Part shown: positions 52,887-62,542 of the stretch, piece after piece | Layout: each line of letters begins with the position of its first letter | Position numbering within the stretch: the stretch's first letter is position 1 | From: a virus | Taxonomy: Duplodnaviria; Caudoviricetes | Virus record (IMG/VR): IMGVR_UViG_3300027891_000004 | Coordinates: 1 to 64,000 of that record | Length of the DNA: 64,000 nt | Direction: 5' to 3' (one strand) | The notes under the pieces: model-generated | What the model saw: the letters and a program-made list of their open reading frames with translations, nothing else | The model's database searches: none | What the model was told of the DNA's origin: nothing | Program-made: the position numbers and the translations under genes

Positions 52887-55800
52887 TTACGACGCGTGAA
52901 TTATATCAAGGACAGCCCACTCGCTTTCATTTAGGCCCGCCATATCGTAGTATTTCGGGTTGATGACGGCCCTTAGCCGAACCACATAATCTAAATTAGA
53001 AACGTATCCGGGCAGCGGTGCTTGCCTTGTTGTGTGCCGTTCCATATTATAGAAACCGATAGTTCTGAATTCCGAATCTGGTTCACTTGCAAACTTAAAT
53101 TGTAACTCCCATTTTAAAAAGAATCGCGTAATATCATCTTTTACAAACGGCGCAACGTTCATTTGAGGCCATTGCCAACTAACAATGTCATTATACCATA
53201 CCAAGTTGGTAGGGGCAACCGGCTTATCAACTAAAGCCGAAGTTATTATTTCACGAACGGTAGGCAAACTAAAATCCACACCGTTCCAAACTTTCATACG
53301 ATAGTAGTATTTGGTTTTTGGCAAGACGGTGCCGTCGCTAAACCTCATAACATCATGTTCGCTATCGAAAGAGGCACGCCGGGCATTCAAAGAAACGGTA
53401 TTGCCTCGAGCGAACAAATCCGACAACGCGCGGGTCAGCACAACAGAATTAGGGAACGGAACAGGGGGCCATGTAAAAGAACAAGATGTTGCCGAATTTA
53501 CCGTTACCTCAAAATCAACAGCCGACGGCGGTTCATCGTATACCTCCATTTCATACGAATAACTTACGTACAGCCGCTGGTCCTCGTTCTTAGTAACCGG
53601 TTCCTCCAAATTTAACGCGGACATCATCCATGACCATTGCGGCTGCCACCGCTGCATTTGGTTGACCGTGATCGGCACAAGACCGTCCGCCGTTGACAAC
53701 AAGGCTATTTTAACCCCGTCCACCCCGAACGGAAAATTCCGGATAAATTCAAATTCCGAATCTAATACTACGCCATGCTGGTATGTATCTGAAGAGCACA
53801 GCACAACATCTCTTGCGCTTTCTACTTCGTCATCGTAAAACCACGTAAAAGTAGAAACACCTCGTAAAAAATGGGTTACGGGCAGGTAGTACAGACCGTA
53901 CCCGGCTTCGCCGTGTGGGTCATAACCGCCGACAACGTAATCGCCGCCGAGTGTCGTCGTGTCGATCTCGGCATCTTTTTGTGAAGTCGTCCGGCCGACG
54001 GCGAACGGCAACACGGCGACCCTCCCGTGATACTGAAAAATACTGGGGTTGTTTCTGATATTAGGTCCGAACCCGGCGGTTGTCCAACGAACGTAAAAGG
54101 CGTTCAGAGTAAACTTGTGCAATTCAACGCCCACGCCTCCGGGGTGGACCCCGTGCTCGTCTTCGTATTCCTCAAATTCGCCCACGCCGAGCGACATGAA
54201 AATTTCAATTTTGTCTTCCCGCTCGGAATTCCCACGAACGGCGACCATTACGGGCGCGTTTTCCTGCCAAATAGAAAGCGGGATACTATTTCCGCCGGTG
54301 GCGTATACGATGTCCGTCTCAAACTGTTGCTTCATTCCGGACCCACCGCCGGAAAGACTATCTTGGTAGTCGATCACAAACGTTCTACCGATACACCGAA
54401 AGACGCCGGTTTCCTTACCGTCTTTTATACGCTGCTCCAACCGGTCCCGTTCATTCTGCAGGTTTAGAAGATCATTTTCTAAAATAGCAATCGAATTTAA
54501 TGTGGATGCTACAAAGTTATCGATTAAACCACTCTCATCTTCTGAACCGTACACAACTGCAATCGCCTGCATTACGTATGCGTACACTGTGTAATACGCC
54601 TCTATACGAGCCATATCGATGGCCTTATTTAACGCTAACTGTAACAAGAAATCTGCCTCGATTTCTGTTATAAGCCCGTTATTCAAATCATCATGGATTT
54701 CCTGTACAATATCTGTATATATGCTTCCCAATATCCCAATAATAGTCGTTTCTAAGTCTTGGATAATTTGCGCCACACCATTTTCCAGCTCCTGCCTCAA
54801 GTTGACGATCCTTCCAGACGTTGACACAATATCGGCATTAACTTGATCCAGTTGATCTTCCAGTTCGTCCAAATGTTCAAATATCGCTCGGCCCTTGTTG
54901 ACGCGGAACGCCTTCCCGTTCCCGATAGCGAACCCCCCGGAAACAAGGGGTGCAACAAAACTTTCCGGGGTCGTAGTGTACCGTTCGCCCGTAATGATGT
55001 TGGTAAACGAAGGCATTCCCGCTCTATTGTCGTCAAATTGCAGCGACAACAGATCGTAGAAATTGATAAAACCGTATGGGCCGACGGCGTACAGACCATC
55101 GCCAAACCGTCCCTCTCGGTACAGCATACCTGGCGGGTCAACAAAAGTAGATTTTTCCGGTTTGATAGTTGCGGACGCACGCAAAAACGGGGCAATCAAA
55201 AAGTAATCCGACCGTTTGTTTGCGACAATGGCGGGCACCCCCGATTGGGAAGGGTCTTTCCACCAATTATGCCATGCGGTATCCCACGATTCGGGCAGCT
55301 CTGCAGGCGACTGGGCTATGGCAATCGCCGTCTTATCCCTATTTCCTGGCATCGCGCCCATAACGACGCTACTAAACGTACCCGCCCCGTTGTCCTTGTA
55401 ATAGCACGTTGTGAATTTAGGGTTCGACCGTACTTTATCCCAATGACTCGCGTGTCGATGATCGGGCACTAAAAATCGCGGGTCATCTGCTTCTTTCGTA
55501 TACGAATTGCCGTAAAAGACAACAACGGATTCCTCTTCATCTCGTTCTGTGGTTATGGAATTCAAAGAAATATCGAACGTAGGAGGGATATAAGATTGCG
55601 GGTTTACAAAAACAAGGCGGGACATCAAAAACATACTAAACTGGCCGGTGCCTGAAGTATGACGTACTATTTGGTACCCCTGCATTAAATTTGTATCGTA
55701 GACAACGTTCGTGTCTTTGTCAACAAGCGGCGACGTTGCTTTCAAATACGGATTGCTTCGCAAAAACAAACTAATCGGATTGGCGTTCACGTGATCCAAT

Positions 55801-56018
55801 ACTATTTGTTCCCCCTGGTATACTTCTTCCTCCTCGTATACCTTCATACGCTTAACAGCGACCGAATCTTTTGGAGTGGGGTTGGCAAGCAGAAGCCATC
55901 GGGCGAACGCTTCCGTTATCTGGTTCCGTTGGCGCACGTGTTTATCTACCCGCCCGGTTTTTTTATCAACCAGCCAAATATCAACGTACCCGTTAAGAAG
56001 AACCAACGAATTTGCCAC
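52887..56018 (-). CDS. Large tail/baseplate protein with coiled-coil insert and FN3 domains (paralogue 1)
   Basis: GYVDIWLVDKKTG.V.KHVRQRNQITEAFARWL; LPKTKYYYRMK. Confidence 0.8.
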   Translation of the reverse strand: MANSLVLLNGYVDIWLVDKKTGRVDKHVRQRNQITEAFARWLLLANPTPKDSVAVKRMKVYEEEEVYQGEQIVLDHVNANPISLFLRSNPYLKATSPLVDKDTNVVYDTNLMQGYQIVRHTSGTGQFSMFLMSRLVFVNPQSYIPPTFDISLNSITTERDEEESVVVFYGNSYTKEADDPRFLVPDHRHASHWDKVRSNPKFTTCYYKDNGAGTFSSVVMGAMPGNRDKTAIAIAQSPAELPESWDTAWHNWWKDPSQSGVPAIVANKRSDYFLIAPFLRASATIKPEKSTFVDPPGMLYREGRFGDGLYAVGPYGFINFYDLLSLQFDDNRAGMPSFTNIITGERYTTTPESFVAPLVSGGFAIGNGKAFRVNKGRAIFEHLDELEDQLDQVNADIVSTSGRIVNLRQELENGVAQIIQDLETTIIGILGSIYTDIVQEIHDDLNNGLITEIEADFLLQLALNKAIDMARIEAYYTVYAYVMQAIAVVYGSEDESGLIDNFVASTLNSIAILENDLLNLQNERDRLEQRIKDGKETGVFRCIGRTFVIDYQDSLSGGGSGMKQQFETDIVYATGGNSIPLSIWQENAPVMVAVRGNSEREDKIEIFMSLGVGEFEEYEDEHGVHPGGVGVELHKFTLNAFYVRWTTAGFGPNIRNNPSIFQYHGRVAVLPFAVGRTTSQKDAEIDTTTLGGDYVVGGYDPHGEAGYGLYYLPVTHFLRGVSTFTWFYDDEVESARDVVLCSSDTYQHGVVLDSEFEFIRNFPFGVDGVKIALLSTADGLVPITVNQMQRWQPQWSWMMSALNLEEPVTKNEDQRLYVSYSYEMEVYDEPPSAVDFEVTVNSATSCSFTWPPVPFPNSVVLTRALSDLFARGNTVSLNARRASFDSEHDVMRFSDGTVLPKTKYYYRMKVWNGVDFSLPTVREIITSALVDKPVAPTNLVWYNDIVSWQWPQMNVAPFVKDDITRFFLKWELQFKFASEPDSEFRTIGFYNMERHTTRQAPLPGYVSNLDYVVRLRAVINPKYYDMAGLNESEWAVLDIIHAS

Positions 56019-56020
56019 AG

Positions 56021-57346
56021 CTAAAACAGGTAAATGGACCCGGTTAAATCCTCATATCCCATAACATTGGAAGGCGGCTCACGAGGGGGCGTTTCATTCG
56101 GATCGCCGACGAATACATGTTCTTGGGAAATATCCGTCAAAAGCGTAACATCCGGCTGCGTGATGTGTGGCGCAACCGGTTGGTGTACTATATCCCAAAG
56201 CAGCAACGGCTCACTCATTTCATGGAATACGCTACCGCGATGCCCTATTTCCTCGTAATACGTCAAAATATCCTCAACGCCACCATGTAGCGTGTCGTTC
56301 TTAATCTCGCCGCTTGCCCAAATAAACACGGGTTCCACAAAAGCAACCGAAACTCCGAATCTAGGTGTCTCAAACCTGTCTCGAATACGGAGGTGAATAT
56401 CGTAAATATCGTGTATGGTGCTTTCGGTAGTCCCGTAAGAAATTAGGCTACTTGCCGACCAGCCGTCCCGAACATCGAATATAGCATTTGTAAGCGCATG
56501 GTACTGGACGAAATCATCTATCGTAAAATGAGAATATACATCCTTTTCGATAATTACCTGCCATTGATAATTTACATGACCTTTGACCGTAAACGAATCG
56601 TAAACATCATGCGATATCGTAACAAGATACGAATGAGTTACGAAATCTTTTTTTGAACGGAGCCAACTTACGCCTGCATCAAAATAAACAAAATCTACGG
56701 AATAGGCCGACGTGCTATCTGAGATAACCAGAATATCGTCCAAAAAGGCGCGGCTGCTACTGGGTATAGTCATCGGAGCCTCCAGCCAACCGATTGGGGT
56801 AGACCAACCCAATTCATCGGGGGAACCGATGAAATTTGTCACTCGGTACACGTACTTGCCCGGCGCAACATACAAAACCGTAAACTGCCTACTAAAAACG
56901 CGGACCGTATACGAGCCTGCGTATTCATCCGTTCCGGTAAACATAATATCCGTAAAATCAGGGGTAAGACCCCACTGCCACCAGATACGCGTCATACCCG
57001 TAACGGGATCGTAGCGATACCCAATTTTACGGAGGAGAATATCGTCCGGCGTAAACGTTTTCAACGTTTTCAACGGTCCGATTATTTGCGAAGTGCAACC
57101 GGACCTATTACACGCGGTAAGTTTGAAATAATACGCCGTATTTGGTTCTAACGCGGTTGCCGTAAACGTATGCGCATCGCCCGAAAGTGGAAATTCGTCG
57201 ATAACCACGTCCGTTTGCCATATAGCCACTGGCGGATTCTTTGTTGTATCCCAGCCTACAACGTATTTGTCAAACAAACGCGACGTGCTTACGGAGACGG
57301 TATAATAAGAAACGAAGGTCGGGTCGGCCAAAACAAAGCTCCGCAA
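56021..57346 (-). CDS. Tail protein with N-terminal FN3 domain
   Basis: TALEPNTAYYFKLTACNRSG. Confidence 0.7.
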   Translation of the reverse strand: MRSFVLADPTFVSYYTVSVSTSRLFDKYVVGWDTTKNPPVAIWQTDVVIDEFPLSGDAHTFTATALEPNTAYYFKLTACNRSGCTSQIIGPLKTLKTFTPDDILLRKIGYRYDPVTGMTRIWWQWGLTPDFTDIMFTGTDEYAGSYTVRVFSRQFTVLYVAPGKYVYRVTNFIGSPDELGWSTPIGWLEAPMTIPSSSRAFLDDILVISDSTSAYSVDFVYFDAGVSWLRSKKDFVTHSYLVTISHDVYDSFTVKGHVNYQWQVIIEKDVYSHFTIDDFVQYHALTNAIFDVRDGWSASSLISYGTTESTIHDIYDIHLRIRDRFETPRFGVSVAFVEPVFIWASGEIKNDTLHGGVEDILTYYEEIGHRGSVFHEMSEPLLLWDIVHQPVAPHITQPDVTLLTDISQEHVFVGDPNETPPREPPSNVMGYEDLTGSIYLF

Positions 57347-57352
57347 CGAAAT

Positions 57353-59908
57353 TTACAATGTAGTAAGCGTGCTACAGGGGACGTAACACGCAGCGGCGAG
57401 CATCAGTTGGAAATTAGTATCGTCCCTTACCAACCGGTATTGTTGACCCACCAATTGCGGGGCACAATTCTCCTGCGCCGTCGCCTTATAAAAACAGGAG
57501 GGGGTCTTGCTGGGCACCGCGTACCCGAACGGGACAAAAGTCAGATTGACCGAGTTCGGGTACTCCAACGAGAACCGGTCCCGCTTCATAAAAAGCGCGA
57601 TACTCGCCTTATTTTCACAATCGTTGAACGCCCCGAACGGCTCCCGCATATCCGGCTTACTATTGCCTTCCGTAAGTCTCATCGCGGCGTAGTAAATATG
57701 GTTCGGCTCACGGAGATTCGGTAGTTCTTTAATATATGCCCGCTTAGTGATCCAAAAATCATCTTCCGTTATTATTTTCTGAACATCAATTTCGTCGTTC
57801 GTTGGTCGCCGTCGGGCGATGTCCACAAATTTGATGTGCGGGGTGCCTTCTATATCCGTTAAATAGCGTTCCGGTGGAGTTACCTCCGCGTACACAAAAT
57901 CAACGGGGTACTCATACCACGTTTTTGTGGGATCGTCGGGGTCTTTGATAAAATCACGGTGAACGTAATATAACAGTTCGATAGCTTTCATTTCGTACTG
58001 AATACGTTCGCCGGGTATGAGTATTTCGTTCCGGTCGCTTTCTTTACAAAACGCCGGTATCCATTGTTTTGTCTCTTTATGCGCGAGCCGTGGCTTCGAC
58101 GTTACCATCATCCGGTTCACGGACGTAATACCGGGCCAGAACGGAAACGAATTGATCTGATCGTATTCGATATATTTTGGTGTAAACTCCCACGTACATT
58201 CCCCGGTCTGCGGATCGCATGAAACAAGGTCATACATGCCGTAATTGGTATCGCCGTTGATCGGCTGCTGCGGATTCCGCTTGTACGTTTTGATGCTGCC
58301 GCCATCTTCATATTCAAATGTGGCCTCGCCTGTACTTGCATCGGCTTCTTTAAACACGCCGATAATAGCCGGGTTCGGACGTGGTAACTTAATAATCTCT
58401 TTTTCCACCTGCGGCGAGCTGCCACCGGCACCACTGCCCCAATCATATTCAAATTTCAGCCAGCCGCAGGTGGACGGTTCTTCTGAACCATCGATAAGCT
58501 GATGGATGCCGGGCGTGTTTCCCAACGCATCGACGCGGACACGTCGCATGTACGCCGGTTTGGTTTTTGTGAACGGGTCCAAAAACATTTGCACGCCAGT
58601 AGTATGTGGCGTATACTTACCCCCCCCTTCATAAACAACGTATTCTTCGTCCGTACTCGATTTGAAAGAGAATAACTGCGTCCAAACCCACCCAGTTTCG
58701 ATATTATGGTGCCTGCCATCAAGGTATTCTTGCGGGACTTTGGTAGGGGCCGCGTCGCCCTTTTTTATCATCGCAAACGTTTCGATGGGCACTTTGTCTG
58801 CGCCCGAATAATACGCACATTGCGGCAAACCCAGATCGCCCAAAACGGGTTCGATCAGTCCCATACTTTTTGCGCCCAGATACGACGCGGCTATTTGGGT
58901 GGCGTCCAATACGTCATGTTGCAGAAATCCCAATTTGTCGGCATCGGAAGATGTGCCCCTCGACTTTGTGTACCCGTTCGGACGCGGGTTGACGTCGGCG
59001 AACGACAATTGTGGCGAAATAGGCAATACCACGAGGGCCTCCCCACCCTCCAAGTCGGTATCGGGCACCGGTTTGTACAACGCCTCGACATACCCGGACG
59101 TTCCCGGAAGGTCATCCGGTATTATCGGGTCTACCATAGAACCAATACCGGATATATTTCCGTTTATATCCACCCCCGGCGGGCGCGGCCATACGTTATC
59201 AAGGTAGAACCCCTGCTGATCTCCCAAACGAGGGTCGGCAGGGTGCGGGCTCATCTCAAAACCGATCTCGACCTTACCTCTAATCGGCCCGTACCCTTCC
59301 AACCGGAGCGGATTGAAAAGCGGGTCGGCATTCATAGCGTTCAAAACGGGTGCTTCGGGCGGCCCTGTCACCTGATGCCTGAGAACGATGAATTCTGCCT
59401 TTAGCTCATTGCTTGAGGCGATCAGCCGTTCTCCGTCCCATTCGCACAACTGGCCCTCCGCCATAAAACCGGGCTGCGCTCGCAGGACGTATTTCTTGCC
59501 GGGGATCAACGCTTCGCACGCGATCATCTTCCGTTCGCCCTTACCCGTTATTTGCGGCGGCGAATAGGGCGCGCCGGTTATATCCGTTTTTTGCGAGCCT
59601 ACGACGTCTATACTCGAATTGCCGAGCGTGTAGAAAGGCTGCGAACCGCGACGGCGGACGGTGGACCATTTATGCGCGGATTCCGTCGGCTTGCAATAGA
59701 TAACCGAATGCGACTTTACGGTCCCCACGTCGGAATCTGTCAAATCCGCCATCGATTGTTCGTTAAGCGGGGACGGAATAATGAAATTCATACCGTCCCC
59801 AAATATCCCGTTCTGCGCGGACGGACCGCCTGAGTTGCGGAGCAACCTGTTGACCGTATCGGCCTGTAATTGTTCGCCGGGCTTGTAGGGACGGAGTGGA
59901 AGCGTCAT
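57353..59908 (-). CDS. Putative tail protein
   Basis: 851-aa ORF in the tail operon; N-terminal KPGEQL.A.T.N.L. Confidence 0.7.
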   Translation of the reverse strand: MTLPLRPYKPGEQLQADTVNRLLRNSGGPSAQNGIFGDGMNFIIPSPLNEQSMADLTDSDVGTVKSHSVIYCKPTESAHKWSTVRRRGSQPFYTLGNSSIDVVGSQKTDITGAPYSPPQITGKGERKMIACEALIPGKKYVLRAQPGFMAEGQLCEWDGERLIASSNELKAEFIVLRHQVTGPPEAPVLNAMNADPLFNPLRLEGYGPIRGKVEIGFEMSPHPADPRLGDQQGFYLDNVWPRPPGVDINGNISGIGSMVDPIIPDDLPGTSGYVEALYKPVPDTDLEGGEALVVLPISPQLSFADVNPRPNGYTKSRGTSSDADKLGFLQHDVLDATQIAASYLGAKSMGLIEPVLGDLGLPQCAYYSGADKVPIETFAMIKKGDAAPTKVPQEYLDGRHHNIETGWVWTQLFSFKSSTDEEYVVYEGGGKYTPHTTGVQMFLDPFTKTKPAYMRRVRVDALGNTPGIHQLIDGSEEPSTCGWLKFEYDWGSGAGGSSPQVEKEIIKLPRPNPAIIGVFKEADASTGEATFEYEDGGSIKTYKRNPQQPINGDTNYGMYDLVSCDPQTGECTWEFTPKYIEYDQINSFPFWPGITSVNRMMVTSKPRLAHKETKQWIPAFCKESDRNEILIPGERIQYEMKAIELLYYVHRDFIKDPDDPTKTWYEYPVDFVYAEVTPPERYLTDIEGTPHIKFVDIARRRPTNDEIDVQKIITEDDFWITKRAYIKELPNLREPNHIYYAAMRLTEGNSKPDMREPFGAFNDCENKASIALFMKRDRFSLEYPNSVNLTFVPFGYAVPSKTPSCFYKATAQENCAPQLVGQQYRLVRDDTNFQLMLAAACYVPCSTLTTL

Positions 59909-59921
59909 TAGCTAAGTTAGT

Positions 59922-61142
59922 TTAGGATTCAAGAACAATAGGCAGTTTATCCCACGTGAACACGTTAGAGCCTATAAATAAGGCATCGTCAACTACGGCG
60001 TTGGTCAAGTAGGTGTCTACAACCAACTTTCGTAACGACACGAAAATATTTCGATACAACCAAAAATAGGTACCGTTCCCCGTTTTAGCTTTCGGATCGT
60101 AATCTGGATTGTACCGAAATGTTCTTACGATATAATCATCGCCCATCATTTGATCTTCGGCGAGCGGCCCCGCCACGGGGAGACCATCAAGGGGGCCTCC
60201 CTCATGCAAGCCTTGATCCGGGCGGCTGTCGAAAGTCAAAACGGGGAACGGAGCTGGCGTGTACAGCCAATACGGGGCACCTTTGTACATAATCCGATCC
60301 ACCCCGTGCGGGCGTTGGAAATTGTTCCAACCAATCGGGTTCCAGTTTAGTTCAAACTGTAGATTCCATTGCGACGACACGGTAGGATCGTCGGTCAAAT
60401 TGATCTGCCGGTCCATAGAGACGGGGTTAAAAAGTAACTGACCGGGCTGCGCAACAAAAGAAGGAACGTACACAGGCTCCCCATCACTATCGTACACAGG
60501 CTTCCCTGTTAGCGGATCAATCTTTATCTGGGCCGATATAATATCTGACCATACATTCGAGTTGCATTTCCCGGCCAGTAGGAAGAACCAACGGGGGATA
60601 CGGCGGACCCCGCTAAGGGTCCGCGATATTTTGAGTGAAAACGACATAGCTGCGGGTGCCTCCTTATCCAACACGGGCGACCCGTCCGAATGCCAGTAAT
60701 AGCCCCAAGAAGGCAGCGTTCGCATCCCGATACTCGGCGTAACGGTTTGTTGTACCGCGCCGTTAAATCTGGCCACGCCTTCGTAGCTTGCGTCAATCTG
60801 GCACATGGTATGCGGCTGCCATACAAGATTGCTCGATTGATTCCAACCGACGGGCGGTGTCTGTCCTTCGGCTCCGAGCGGTTTCGACGACAGCGAAGAA
60901 CATATAGGGGGGTAATAAGTACTAAAAAAGAATGCGTCCTCGTCCACGCTATTAAACATAGGTTGGTATATGGACCGGGACGCTCTTTGCATGACCATGG
61001 CGCGGTGTTTCCATTCGCAAATATACGATATACTTGCGGTAAACTTCTCTTTCGCCCACTGCTCGGACCGGCTCCCGTTTACCTCCCAAACGAAACCGAC
61101 AGGTAGCCACGAAGTATAGTTTGGACGTACAGTATCAGCCAT
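59922..61142 (-). CDS. Putative distal tail protein
   Basis: First large gene downstream of the tape measure; GKCN...W...PGQLLF...F.L..NP.GWN. Confidence 0.65.
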   Translation of the reverse strand: MADTVRPNYTSWLPVGFVWEVNGSRSEQWAKEKFTASISYICEWKHRAMVMQRASRSIYQPMFNSVDEDAFFFSTYYPPICSSLSSKPLGAEGQTPPVGWNQSSNLVWQPHTMCQIDASYEGVARFNGAVQQTVTPSIGMRTLPSWGYYWHSDGSPVLDKEAPAAMSFSLKISRTLSGVRRIPRWFFLLAGKCNSNVWSDIISAQIKIDPLTGKPVYDSDGEPVYVPSFVAQPGQLLFNPVSMDRQINLTDDPTVSSQWNLQFELNWNPIGWNNFQRPHGVDRIMYKGAPYWLYTPAPFPVLTFDSRPDQGLHEGGPLDGLPVAGPLAEDQMMGDDYIVRTFRYNPDYDPKAKTGNGTYFWLYRNIFVSLRKLVVDTYLTNAVVDDALFIGSNVFTWDKLPIVLES

Positions 61143-61290
61143 AGCAGGGGCAGGGGAATATGTTTACGGGAATGTTTATGCCGAGGCAACCGACATATTA
61201 TATCAAGAACTGTGAAAGAAACAACCGAACCGCCAAAAATTTAGTAGCATCCGCCAAATAAAGTTTGCGAAATTCCGTTCTGAAAAACTT

Positions 61291-61383
61291 TTATAGAGCC
61301 GAAAGGTTTGGCCAGCGGTTCCTTGATAGGAGGCTTTTACGTCACATGGAACTCACGGCGAAGGTTTTTATGTTAATCTAACC
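61291..61383. promoter_or_regulatory. Three-block motif shared with 25571-25654
   Basis: TTATAGAGCCG (61291), GCGGTTC (61315), CACGGCGA (61354). Confidence 0.5.
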
Positions 61384-61409
61384 ATTTAGGTTCTGACCTA
61401 TTGCAACGT

Positions 61410-61931
61410 TCAATGGCAACTGCCTTCAGTTATAGGTCCTATCCATTTCATTATGTTTTTACGAGGGAATTCCCAAGCAACTTCTTCCGGAGGCAGTGAT
61501 GATTGGAATACGGGGTATCGTTGTCTGCCGTATTTTTCTACCAATTCGTGCGCTTCTTGTTTGTCTTTGGCCCTGACGCAAAATGCACCCGAACGAAAAT
61601 AAGTAATCTCTACCTCATAGCATTTTTTTGCATCAGACTTTCCCGCATCGCGAATCATCGCGGGCAGTACACGTTTAGATTCTCTTACCGCATTAATGCC
61701 GTGTACATTCGGTGGGCTGCCCACGGCCCGAAACTCCCACCCGATAAGAGGCGATTTTTTATTTGAATTTTTTTCGGGGAATGTAAAGCAAGCTCTTGAA
61801 GAGTATTTCCTACATTGATTTTCTACCAATGTGATTGCTTCTGTTGTGCCTGTCGCGTAAACAAAAAATTTCCCTGTATACGTAAGCATAACGGGCACTT
61901 TATAGTTATTCTTTTTCATTGCCTTTTCCAT
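61410..61931 (-). CDS. Internally duplicated protein, candidate non-canonical antitoxin
   Basis: Two copies of Y.V.(V/I).....G.F.V.A....EA..LVE......WEF; lies 6 nt behind the HigB-like gene. Confidence 0.65.
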   Translation of the reverse strand: MEKAMKKNNYKVPVMLTYTGKFFVYATGTTEAITLVENQCRKYSSRACFTFPEKNSNKKSPLIGWEFRAVGSPPNVHGINAVRESKRVLPAMIRDAGKSDAKKCYEVEITYFRSGAFCVRAKDKQEAHELVEKYGRQRYPVFQSSLPPEEVAWEFPRKNIMKWIGPITEGSCH

Positions 61932-61937
61932 GTGTTG

Positions 61938-62450
61938 TTAGTGATAATCCGTAATTTCCTGTATTTCAATTTCTGTAACTTTCGACCAATCTAAATTACC
62001 GTTTGCATCTACGGGAATTGGATCATGCTTTGGCACAAAGATTAAACGCCACCCACCATGCAAAGCGCCAGCAAGTTGCCCTGCCCTATCGTCTTTTAAG
62101 CTGTGAAAATTACCTTTATTGTCACGAACTCCCCGCAATTCTTTACGCCCCTTCAATTCTTCAAGTGTTATAGCTCTTTCAAGTCTCTTTAATTGCTTTT
62201 CAAGCACAATATGATTTTTTGGATTTCCACCATCGCCTCCAAATTCGATATTTCCGGGCGTACATTCAGCTTCTACCTGAGGATTAGCGTAGGAAATGCC
62301 AACCATATTATCAACGGCGTCATCATTCCAAACCTTGCCGTCTGCCGACTGACATTCTTTTATGGTTTGGAACGACGCATTGCCGCCGATGCAACGACAA
62401 TCGCCAGAACCAGGCAGTTCGCTAAAACTGTTTACAACATTCATTTTCAT
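61938..62450 (-). CDS. HigB-like (RelE superfamily) toxin with N-terminal leader
   Basis: L..L..A.TLEEL...GNFHSLK.DR.GQ.A..L..GWRLIF.P.HDP.P....G.LDW..VT.I.I.EI.DYH; leader NSFSELPG...FQTIKE; AAGGAG RBS. Confidence 0.85.
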   Translation of the reverse strand: MKMNVVNSFSELPGSGDCRCIGGNASFQTIKECQSADGKVWNDDAVDNMVGISYANPQVEAECTPGNIEFGGDGGNPKNHIVLEKQLKRLERAITLEELKGRKELRGVRDNKGNFHSLKDDRAGQLAGALHGGWRLIFVPKHDPIPVDANGNLDWSKVTEIEIQEITDYH

Positions 62451-62512
62451 TCTCCTTTTTATAGTATGCCGATTTCTTAAAATAAATCAACAAGCATGGA
62501 TTCAAAAAGGCA

Positions 62513-62534
62513 AAAGCCCGCCACGTGGCGGGCT
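62513..62534 (-). terminator. Dispersed palindrome copy 8, positioned as terminator after the tape measure gene
   Basis: AGCCCGCCACGTGGCGGGCT, followed by T4 on the minus strand; 10 nt past stop 62543. Confidence 0.8.
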
Positions 62535-62542
62535 CGCCCATT

